Made by a program: the position numbers and the translations under genes. The notes beneath the pieces were generated by a model that was not told the DNA's origin, did no database searches, and worked only from the letters and a program-made list of their open reading frames with translations. Positions 1 through 8,053 of a stretch of 15,460 nt of DNA are shown here, one piece after another (position 1 is the stretch's first letter; each line of letters starts with the position of its first letter). The DNA comes from Chthonomonadales bacterium (GTDB taxonomy: Bacteria; Armatimonadota; Chthonomonadetes; Chthonomonadales; Chthonomonadaceae): positions 1 to 15,460 of the forward strand of contig JBBQPO010000146.1 in assembly GCA_038217285.1 (NCBI GenBank), written 5' to 3'.

Positions 1-1028
1 TCATCGGAGGCGATAAGGTCGCGCGGCTGGAGCAGGAGGTCGCCGCGACCTGCGGCGCGAAACACGGCATCGGTGTCGCTTCCGGCACGGACGCCCTGAC
101 ACTCTCTCTGGTCGCTTGTGGCATCGGCCCCGGCGACGAAGTGATCACCACTCCCTTTACGTTCGGAGCGACATCCGAGGCCATCGCGCTCGTCGGAGCG
201 ACCCCGGTCTATGTCGATATCGACAGTTGCACGTTCAACCTGGTGGAACAGCGCATCGAAGAGAAGATCACGCCCCGCACTCGCGCACTTCTGCCGGTAG
301 ACCTCTACGGACAGATGTGCGACCGGGAAACCCTCTCCGCGCTCGCACAAAAGCATAATCTGCGTCTCGTGATCGACTCGGCGCAGGCGGTCGGCGCGCG
401 CCAGAGCGGTCGGCCCATCGGCGTCCATGCGGATATGACCACGCTCTCCTTCTACCCCACCAAGAACCTGGGCGCCTATGGCGACGGTGGGATGATTCTT
501 ACCAATGACGACGACCATGCGGAACTCCTGCGCAGTCTGCGCGGGCACGGCACACAGGGCCATAAGTACCATCATGTCCGCGTCGGCTACTGCAGCCGCC
601 TCGATGCGATCCAGGCCGTCGTACTGCTCGCGAAACTGCCACATCTGGAGGCCTGGAATTCCGGCCGCCGCCGCAATGCTGACCTCTACCATGCGTTGCT
701 GGCCGATGTGGCCGATCCTTCCGTGGAGGGCATCCAACTGCCGGGCCACGATCCTGCCAACTACCATATCTATCATCAGTACACGATTCGCCATCCCCGC
801 CGTGATGCGCTGCAGGCCTACCTGAAGGCTCATGAGGTAGATAGCGAGATCTACTACCCATGCCCGACGCATCTGCAGCCCGCCTATGCCTATCTCGGCT
901 ATCGGGAAGGAGACTTCCCGGCCGCAGAGCGCGTGGCCCGCGAGGTGCTCTCTCTGCCCATTCATCCCGAGTTGACCGAAGAGCAGATCGTCTACGTTAC
1001 CGACCTTATTCGTCGCTTCCCCGCCTGA
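1..1028 (+). CDS. DegT/DnrJ/EryC1/StrS family PLP-dependent sugar aminotransferase (5' end outside window)
   Basis: Frame is open from base 3 (IGGDKVARLEQEVAATCGAKHGIGVASGTDALTLSL...GIGPGDEVITTPFTF), so the track start at 141 is internal. Motifs IDSAQAVG and SFYPTKNLGAYGDGG (PLP lysine), G-Y-x-SRLDAIQA, C-terminal LSLPIHPEL. Confidence 0.95.
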   Translation, partial: IGGDKVARLEQEVAATCGAKHGIGVASGTDALTLSLVACGIGPGDEVITTPFTFGATSEAIALVGATPVYVDIDSCTFNLVEQRIEEKITPRTRALLPVDLYGQMCDRETLSALAQKHNLRLVIDSAQAVGARQSGRPIGVHADMTTLSFYPTKNLGAYGDGGMILTNDDDHAELLRSLRGHGTQGHKYHHVRVGYCSRLDAIQAVVLLAKLPHLEAWNSGRRRNADLYHALLADVADPSVEGIQLPGHDPANYHIYHQYTIRHPRRDALQAYLKAHEVDSEIYYPCPTHLQPAYAYLGYREGDFPAAERVAREVLSLPIHPELTEEQIVYVTDLIRRFPA

Positions 1029-1044
1029 CAGGAGTTTGCCTTTT

Positions 1045-2097
1045 ATGAAAGCGATGATACTTGCGGCAGGGGTCGGGTCGCGCCTCGACCCCTTGACCCG
1101 CAACGTTCCCAAGCCTCTCGTGCCGATCGTCAACCGCCCGGTCATGGAGTACCTGATCAACCTCCTCAAAAAGCACGGCTTCGAAGAGATCATGATCAAT
1201 ACGCACTATCTCGGCAGCCAGATCGAAGCCTACTTCGGTGATGGCGCCCACTGGGGCGTTCAGATTCACTGGGCGCGGGAAGACAAATTGTGGGGGGACG
1301 CCGGCAGCGTGAAGCGCGCCGAGTCGTTTTTCAAGGACGAGACTTTCCTGGTTATCGGCGGGGACGATCTGACCGACATGGACCTGACCGCATTCCTTCA
1401 GACCCATAAGGACAAAAAGGCCCTCTCCTCGATCGCCCTCTCGCTCGTGGACGATCCCAGCGAGTACGGCATCGTCCTGCTGAACGAAGAAGACCGGATC
1501 ACGCGTTTCCTGGAGAAGCCGAAGGGCGAGATCATCTTCTCCAATACGGCCAATACGGGCGTCTACCTCTTCGAGCCGAAGGTATTCGACCATATTCCCG
1601 CCGATACTTTTTTCCTCTTCGGCAAGCAGGTCTTCCCGCTCCTGCTGGAGAAGAATTTGCCTCTCTACGGCCATCTCACCACAGCCTACTGGAAGGATGT
1701 CGGCAATCTGCAGGTCTATCAGCAGACCCACCGCGATGTGCTGAACGGTCTGGTTAAGGCCACGCAGCCGTTTACGGAGCTTCACCCCGGTATCTGGGTG
1801 GGCGAGAATGTGCTGATCGCTCCGACTGCCGAGCTTACGCCCCCTCTCGCCATCGGCGACAATGTCACTATCAAATCGGGTGCGCAGGTTCTGGAGAACA
1901 CGATTCTGGGCAACGGCTGCATCGTCGGTGAGAACGCTACAGTCGTCGACAGTATCCTCTGGGAGGGCGCGGAAGTGATGCCGGGAACGCATATCGAACG
2001 GTGTGTGGTCGGTAAAGACTGCCACGTACAGACTAACGCCGCGATCTTCGACGGCATCATCGTTCCCCCCCACCGTCCCGAGACCGCCCGACACTAA
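1045..2097 (+). CDS. NDP-sugar pyrophosphorylase (mannose-1-phosphate guanylyltransferase-like) with C-terminal hexapeptide (LbH) repeats
   Basis: [25 protein letters not shown] signature, EKP motif, YWKDVG, C-terminal [26 protein letters not shown] repeats. ATG at 1045 follows AGGAG (1030-1034). Confidence 0.9.
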   Translation: MKAMILAAGVGSRLDPLTRNVPKPLVPIVNRPVMEYLINLLKKHGFEEIMINTHYLGSQIEAYFGDGAHWGVQIHWAREDKLWGDAGSVKRAESFFKDETFLVIGGDDLTDMDLTAFLQTHKDKKALSSIALSLVDDPSEYGIVLLNEEDRITRFLEKPKGEIIFSNTANTGVYLFEPKVFDHIPADTFFLFGKQVFPLLLEKNLPLYGHLTTAYWKDVGNLQVYQQTHRDVLNGLVKATQPFTELHPGIWVGENVLIAPTAELTPPLAIGDNVTIKSGAQVLENTILGNGCIVGENATVVDSILWEGAEVMPGTHIERCVVGKDCHVQTNAAIFDGIIVPPHRPETARH

Positions 2098-2123
2098 AAG
2101 AAAATTCATGGAAGAAGAGGGCT

Positions 2124-2948
<825 letters not shown>

Positions 2949-2998
2949 CCTTTGTCCAGGACTGGAAAGGCTGCATCGATGGTGATGCCCGCCTGCGA

Positions 2999-5689
2999 CT
3001 AACTCTGCACAGGCGACTCCTCAAGCGCATAGGCAAACGCTGCGGAGCGCCCGAACTGCCTGCCCTCCTGCCAGGCGGCCTCAAAGGCTTCCTGACCCAG
3101 CATCGCCTGCACCCGCTCCCGATTTTGCACATAGTTGGCAGTGGTAGAGGGAGAAGGCGGCGCTCCCAATCCCTCGCGCAGAGCCTCTGCGGCCCCCAGC
3201 ATTCTGGCCGCCCGATCTCCGTAACCTTCCAGGCCCCAGGCCCATCCGATCCCCTCCAGACACCAGGTCGAAACCACGACCTGGCCCAACTCCTGGGAGA
3301 CTGTCAATCCCTCTGTAAGCGATTGACGTGCCCAGGCATACTTCCCCAGGGCACGCGCGACACTGCCGAGATAGAAAAGTGCATTGCAGATGCCCCATTT
3401 CTCTCCGGCGCTGCGCGCCAAAACGACCGCTTCTTCACAAAGGGCCTGGGCGGACGCAAGGTCGCCCTGTTCCATCCGGATAAATCCGACATCGCTCAGT
3501 GAGAGGGCCATCGCCCAGGCATCGCCCAGTTGACGAGAAATATCCAGGGCCTCTTCGAACTGCGCTTTGGCTAGCGGTAAGTCCCCCATATGGTAGGCTA
3601 AGATTCCCAGGACATTCAGCGAGGTTGCCAGCAGCCACCGGTCACCACGCTCGCGGGCGCGCATCTGACTCTCGGAACAACAGGCATAGGCCCGCATTGC
3701 ATCCCCCTGAAAGTAAGCCAGGACGCCTGCCCCCGTCAGCGCGCTGGCAGTCTCCGCCTGTAGTCCAGCGTCGGCGGCATGCTGCAGCGCCTTTGCCAGA
3801 CGTTCGCTTCCTTCCTGAAGGTGACTGCGAAAGAACCAGAAACGCCAGAGGGACCCTGTGAGGCGTACAGCGGCCAGAGGCTCATTCTCCTCTGCACACC
3901 ACTCCAATACCGCGCGCAGGTTGTCGTGTTCGGTTTCGAGAGAGTTCAGCAGGAGAATCTGTTCGCGTTTGAGCAGATCCCTATCGCACTCATCGGCGAA
4001 GTTACAAAAGAACAGGCGATGTTGCGCCCGGGTGGACAGGAGCTCCCCGGCTGCCTGGAGCTTCCCGGCGCTGTAAGCCCGCACCGTCTCCAGCAGACGA
4101 TACCTTGACCCCTCCTGACGCTCTTCATAGACCACCAGAGATTTGTCCACCAGACGGACAAGCAGGTCGAGCGCCTCCCAGCTTTCCAGGAGCGTTGCGG
4201 TGCAGACCGTCTCCACCGCCTCCAGCGTGCAGCCTCCCTGAAAGACGGAGAGGCGTCGCAACAGAACTCGCTCGGGCTCCGAGAGCAGATCGTAACTCCA
4301 GTCGATCAAGGCCGTCAGTGTCTGATGTCGGGGCAGCGCCATCCGACTGCCGCCCGTCAGCAGTCGGAAGCGATCCCGGAGACGCTCGGCAATCTGCTCG
4401 ATAGACATCACCCGAACGCGGGCTGCCGCCAACTCGATCGCCAGCGGGATCCCATCCAACTGCTGACAGATCTGCACCACGGCGGTCGCATTCTGCGGGG
4501 TGGCTTCCAGATCCGGCACATAGGTGCGCGCCCGTTCCAGGAACAGTTGCGTGGCCTCGAATCTGGTGAGAAGAGAGACCGCTTCTTCTTGATTCAAGGG
4601 AGCCGCTCTCTGGGAGAGGAGCGTGTCGAGATCGGGAACGGACAGGGAGGGAAGTCGCCAGGATCTTTCGCCCGGTATGTCCAGCGCTTCCTGGCTCGTG
4701 GCGAGCACCCGTACCTGGGGACAGGTACGCAGGAGGGAGGCGACCAGTTGGGCGCACGCGTCCACCAGATGCTCGCAGTTATCCAGAATGAGCAGCAGCT
4801 TTCTGGGAACGAGGGAGTCCAGGAGACACTGTAGCAGCGTACGGCCTGGCTCTTCGTGGACACCCAGGACGGTGGCGACGGTCTGCACCACCAGCGACGG
4901 ATCCGACAGGGATGCCAACTCCACCAGCCAGACATGGGCACCGGTGTTCTCCACGAGATCGGCCCCTACTTTCAGCGCCAGACGTGTTTTGCCGCATCCA
5001 CCTGTCCCGGTCAACGTGAGCAGACGGGTCTCTGCCATGAGGTTTTTCACCTCTGCCATCACCTCTTCCCGCCCGACGAAAGACGTGAGTTGCGGGGGCA
5101 GATTGTGGCTCTGCTGCGGGATGGATTTGAGGGGGGGAAACTCGCTCGGGAGGTCTGCGATACAGAACTGCCAGATATGCTCCGGGTTGCGCAGATCGCG
5201 CAGATGGTGTTCGCCCAGATCGCGCAGCGCGACCGTATCGAGAATATCCTGACAGACAAGATGATAGGTGATATCCGAAAGCAACACCTGCCCTCCGTGC
5301 CCTGCCGCCAGCATACGGGCCGTGCGGTTCAGGCTGGGGCCAAAGTAGTCTCCATTGCGTTCTTCCGCCTCTCCGGTGTGAATAGCCATGCGTACACGCA
5401 GGCGCGGCGCATCCTCATCTTGATCTTCCCTCACGAGACCCATCTGAAAGAGGGCGGTCTGGGCTTCGATGCTCGCGTCGAGGGCAGCCATCGCCGTCGG
5501 AAAGGCGGCGCAAAACGCATCCCCAACGGTCTTGAAGACATGCCCCGTGTGCTTCTGGATCGTCTGTGCAAGCAGGGCGTCATGTTGGGCCAGTGCGACC
5601 CGCATCCATTCGGGATGCTCTTCCCAGAGACGTGTGCTTCCCTCGATGTCCGTAAAAAGAAAACTTACCGTGCCAACAGGCAGATTCAT
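2999..5689 (-). CDS. Class III adenylate/guanylate cyclase + STAND (NB-ARC-like) ATPase + TPR protein
   Basis: Cyclase motifs FLFTDIEGST, FKTVGDAF, GDYFGPSLNRTAR; Walker A GTGGCGKT, Walker B LLILDNCEH, GIPLAIELAA; C-terminal TPR-like helices. ATG at 5689 with upstream GAGG is preferred over the track start at 5779. Confidence 0.92.
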   Translation of the reverse strand: MNLPVGTVSFLFTDIEGSTRLWEEHPEWMRVALAQHDALLAQTIQKHTGHVFKTVGDAFCAAFPTAMAALDASIEAQTALFQMGLVREDQDEDAPRLRVRMAIHTGEAEERNGDYFGPSLNRTARMLAAGHGGQVLLSDITYHLVCQDILDTVALRDLGEHHLRDLRNPEHIWQFCIADLPSEFPPLKSIPQQSHNLPPQLTSFVGREEVMAEVKNLMAETRLLTLTGTGGCGKTRLALKVGADLVENTGAHVWLVELASLSDPSLVVQTVATVLGVHEEPGRTLLQCLLDSLVPRKLLLILDNCEHLVDACAQLVASLLRTCPQVRVLATSQEALDIPGERSWRLPSLSVPDLDTLLSQRAAPLNQEEAVSLLTRFEATQLFLERARTYVPDLEATPQNATAVVQICQQLDGIPLAIELAAARVRVMSIEQIAERLRDRFRLLTGGSRMALPRHQTLTALIDWSYDLLSEPERVLLRRLSVFQGGCTLEAVETVCTATLLESWEALDLLVRLVDKSLVVYEERQEGSRYRLLETVRAYSAGKLQAAGELLSTRAQHRLFFCNFADECDRDLLKREQILLLNSLETEHDNLRAVLEWCAEENEPLAAVRLTGSLWRFWFFRSHLQEGSERLAKALQHAADAGLQAETASALTGAGVLAYFQGDAMRAYACCSESQMRARERGDRWLLATSLNVLGILAYHMGDLPLAKAQFEEALDISRQLGDAWAMALSLSDVGFIRMEQGDLASAQALCEEAVVLARSAGEKWGICNALFYLGSVARALGKYAWARQSLTEGLTVSQELGQVVVSTWCLEGIGWAWGLEGYGDRAARMLGAAEALREGLGAPPSPSTTANYVQNRERVQAMLGQEAFEAAWQEGRQFGRSAAFAYALEESPVQS

Positions 5690-5842
5690 ATAGAGCCTCA
5701 ACTCAGGTATACTGGATGTTGTATATCTCCAGAAAAGCTCCTGATATCCATTTCTAGGATGTCGGGGATGACGCTCCACAACACGTTTGGTTTCCTGCTA
5801 TTTTGACACCGGAGGAAAGGAATCCTGCCGGCAATTCGTTTC

Positions 5843-5868
5843 TTGCTTCCCTCTCCTGGCGGAAGCAA
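5843..5868. promoter_or_regulatory. Inverted repeat in the divergent intergenic region (operator or leader hairpin)
   Basis: TTGCTTCC (5843-5850), 10-nt spacer, GGAAGCAA (5861-5868). Function is inferred only. Confidence 0.35.
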
Positions 5869-5933
5869 AAGATGTAGCCTCCCGTGCAGCCCTCCCCTAA
5901 TCCGGTACTGCTCTTACTTAAAAGGAGTAAGCA

Positions 5934-6428
5934 ATGTCCCATGTCGTCCCACATGTCGTCCCACCCACAGCGCCTGTTAAAGTGCCTGTCACAGCGCCTG
6001 TGCCTGTCCAGACGGCCCTTCACCTCGTCGCGCAGCTCAAATCCCCGGAAGACAGCCAACAACTCAAAGCGCAACTGCTGGCCAGTATGGACGGTATGCA
6101 GCAGGGGATGGACAGTGTTGGCACCGTCCATTTCGCCCACTGGTTCTTCCTCGATAACGATATGCGCGTCATCCTCACCACCGAATACGATGGCGATTTC
6201 AACGCGTATATCTTAGCCTTCATCAAAGCCATCGGACCTCTCTTCGATGTTCTCCTGTCGCATGTCATCGACCCGCCGCCGCTTCCTGTGGTAGCGCATC
6301 CCAACGAATTTATCCAGTGGGTGAGCGACCATAATGTGCCGGTCACCGGAAAACTCATTACCGCCTATCCGAAGCTGACGGTGCTGGCGATCCGTAACCT
6401 CGAAAGACTTGCCAACTCCGATTCTTAA
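5934..6428 (+). CDS. Uncharacterised 164-aa protein, putative DyP partner (GTVHFA motif)
   Basis: Strong RBS AAAGGAG (5921-5927). Globular-looking core GTVHFAHWFFLDNDMRVILTTEYDGDFNAYILAF...PPPLPV..HPNEFIQWV after a Pro/Val-rich repetitive N-terminus. Confidence 0.85.
   Translation: MSHVVPHVVPPTAPVKVPVTAPVPVQTALHLVAQLKSPEDSQQLKAQLLASMDGMQQGMDSVGTVHFAHWFFLDNDMRVILTTEYDGDFNAYILAFIKAIGPLFDVLLSHVIDPPPLPVVAHPNEFIQWVSDHNVPVTGKLITAYPKLTVLAIRNLERLANSDS
5940..6008 (+). repeat. Short in-frame direct repeats in the 5' end of the small gene
   Basis: CATGTCGTCCCA x2 in tandem (5940-5951, 5952-5963); CACAGCGCCTGT x2 (5966-5977, 5990-6001); GTGCCTGTC x2 (5982-5990, 6000-6008). Confidence 0.8.
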
Positions 6429-6438
6429 GGGATCCACA

Positions 6439-6477
6439 GGCACTCCTTCTCGTGGCAATTTGAAGAGAAGGAGTGCC
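6439..6477 (+). terminator. Intercistronic stem-loop (leaky terminator or mRNA-stabilising hairpin)
   Basis: Perfect 13-bp inverted repeat GGCACTCCTTCTC / GAGAAGGAGTGCC with 13-nt loop, 10 nt after the stop at 6428, followed by an interrupted T-tract (CGTTTCCCGTTCTT). Confidence 0.7.
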
Positions 6478-6543
6478 CGTTTCCCGTTCTTGAGCCGGTG
6501 TCTTGCTGCCCTCGGACCGGCAGGAGGAAGGAACCTAAATATT

Positions 6544-7989
6544 ATGGACTCGCTCCCTTTAGAGGATATTCAGGGAAATATTCTGCGTGGTTATCGGATG
6601 CCGACTGTACGCCATTTTGTTCTGGGTATTCAGAACCCCTCCGCTGCCAAACAGGTTTTGAGCGCGCTGGTGAACGAGGAAGAGACCGCTTCCCTCCGCA
6701 TCACCACAGCCGCTCCCTGGCAAACGAAGCCCGCCTACTGCCTCAATATCGCCTTTACCTTCGCAGGGCTTCAGGCGCTCGGACTGCCACAAGCGACGCT
6801 GGCATCGTTTCCAGCGGAGTTTCAGGCGGGCGCGGCAGCCAGGGCAGAATCGATAGGTGACGTGGGCAGAAATGCCCCCGAACACTGGTTAAAGGGGCTA
6901 GAGGAGAAACCCGATGCTCCGGCGCAAGCCCATATCCTCCTCTCCCTCTATGCGGTGGATAAGCCGACCTTAGAAACGCTTTCCACAGCACTCCGGCGCA
7001 AATTCACATCGCAAGGCGCCCTAACAGAGTACTCGTGCCAGGACGGCGAGGCGCTGCCGAATAGCCGCGTCCATTTTGGATACGTAGACGGCATTTCGCA
7101 GCCCCATGTGGAAGGGGCCGAGCCTCCCAAATGCGCCTGTCCCCACGATGTCACCCCTACCGGAGATTTCCTGCTCGGCTATCCGGGGTACTACGGCACC
7201 TACGCCTTGCCACAACCCGAGGCGCTCGGACGTAACAGCACGTTTTGCGCCTACCGGATTCTCAGCCAGGATGTCGTCGGCTTTGAAACCTATCTGGAAG
7301 AGGCCGCTGCCAGGACGAGCCTGGACAAGGAGCGCATCGCCGCAAAGATGTGCGGACGCTGGCGCAATGGGGTGCCGCTGGCGCTCTCTCCGGAAACCGA
7401 TCAGCCGCAACCCCGGCTGACCCACGAACAGATGAATGCCTTTGACTATCGCCCCACCACGCAGTATCCCGATGCCACCGACGACTGGAGAGGCTTCGGT
7501 TGTCCGCTCGGCTCGCATATCCGCCGGGCGAATCCGCGTAGTGAGGATGTGGCAGGAACCGTTCATGCGACCGAAATGGTGAATGGCAAACAGTTGGTCA
7601 CCGAGAGCGGCAACCCCCGTCGGATCATTCGCCGGGGTATCCCCTATGGCCCTCTCTACGATCCGAAGGCGAAGCACGATCCCGCTAAGGAGACGCAGGT
7701 GGAGCGTGGACTGCTGCTCCTGGTTCTCTGCGCCAGTATCAAAGAGCAGTTCGAGTTTCTCATGACCCAATGGATCAACGGGGAAAACTTCTCGGCACAG
7801 ACCCTTCCGAAGGATCCGCTCATGGGAAACTTTCCGGACGGGGAGAGCCAGTTTTTCATACCTGTTCAGGGCCAGAAGAAGCCCATCGAACTGCAGGGCT
7901 TCTCTCGTTTTGTGGGGACACACGGGGCAGCCTATGGCTTTATCCCCAGCATCACCGCCTTACGTTATCTTGCCCAGCCTTCCTACTGA
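6544..7989 (+). CDS. Dye-decolorizing (DyP-type) heme peroxidase, long class V (C/D)-like
   Basis: DIQGNILRGY N-terminus, HFGYVDGISQP (GXXDG distal Asp), GSHIRRANPR (proximal His), RIIRRGIPYGP (distal Arg), QFEFL...W. ATG at 6544 lies downstream of AGGAGGAAGGA. Confidence 0.93.
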   Translation: MDSLPLEDIQGNILRGYRMPTVRHFVLGIQNPSAAKQVLSALVNEEETASLRITTAAPWQTKPAYCLNIAFTFAGLQALGLPQATLASFPAEFQAGAAARAESIGDVGRNAPEHWLKGLEEKPDAPAQAHILLSLYAVDKPTLETLSTALRRKFTSQGALTEYSCQDGEALPNSRVHFGYVDGISQPHVEGAEPPKCACPHDVTPTGDFLLGYPGYYGTYALPQPEALGRNSTFCAYRILSQDVVGFETYLEEAAARTSLDKERIAAKMCGRWRNGVPLALSPETDQPQPRLTHEQMNAFDYRPTTQYPDATDDWRGFGCPLGSHIRRANPRSEDVAGTVHATEMVNGKQLVTESGNPRRIIRRGIPYGPLYDPKAKHDPAKETQVERGLLLLVLCASIKEQFEFLMTQWINGENFSAQTLPKDPLMGNFPDGESQFFIPVQGQKKPIELQGFSRFVGTHGAAYGFIPSITALRYLAQPSY

Positions 7990-8006
7990 CCGGCGCAGGC
8001 CGACGT

Positions 8007-8052
8007 AGCCGTCCAAGGCTGTTCTTAAGCGAACGGCCTTGGATGGCTTTCT
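8007..8052 (+). terminator. Intrinsic terminator hairpin between convergent genes
   Basis: AGCCGTCCAAGGCTGTTC (8007-8024), loop TTAAGC, GAACGGCCTTGGATGGCT (8031-8048). The 18-bp stem has two G-U wobbles on the + transcript and a short pyrimidine tail. Confidence 0.7.
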
Positions 8053-8053
8053 C

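Noticed and set aside
2949-2998. Terminator between the convergent prepilin and cyclase genes
   Set aside because: Only short or bulged stems (TCCAG/CTGGA, GCATC/GATGC) and no T-tract; too weak to call.
5203-5215. GATGGTGTTCGCC resembling a fluoride riboswitch core
   Set aside because: It lies antisense inside the cyclase CDS, lacks the 5' GGC needed for the stem and has no downstream gene to control.
5690-5779. Longer starts in the ORF track (5779; also 6409, 11668, 13795)
   Set aside because: Downstream starts have better RBSs and coincide with domain or signal-peptide starts; the extensions run through intergenic or hairpin sequence.
5803-5808. Perfect TTGACA -35 box upstream of the small gene
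   Set aside because: No plausible -10 hexamer 16-18 nt downstream.
6544-7989. DyP as encapsulin cargo
   Set aside because: No GSLxIGSL-type C-terminal targeting peptide and no encapsulin gene in the window; the 164-aa neighbour is too short and shows no HK97-like features.
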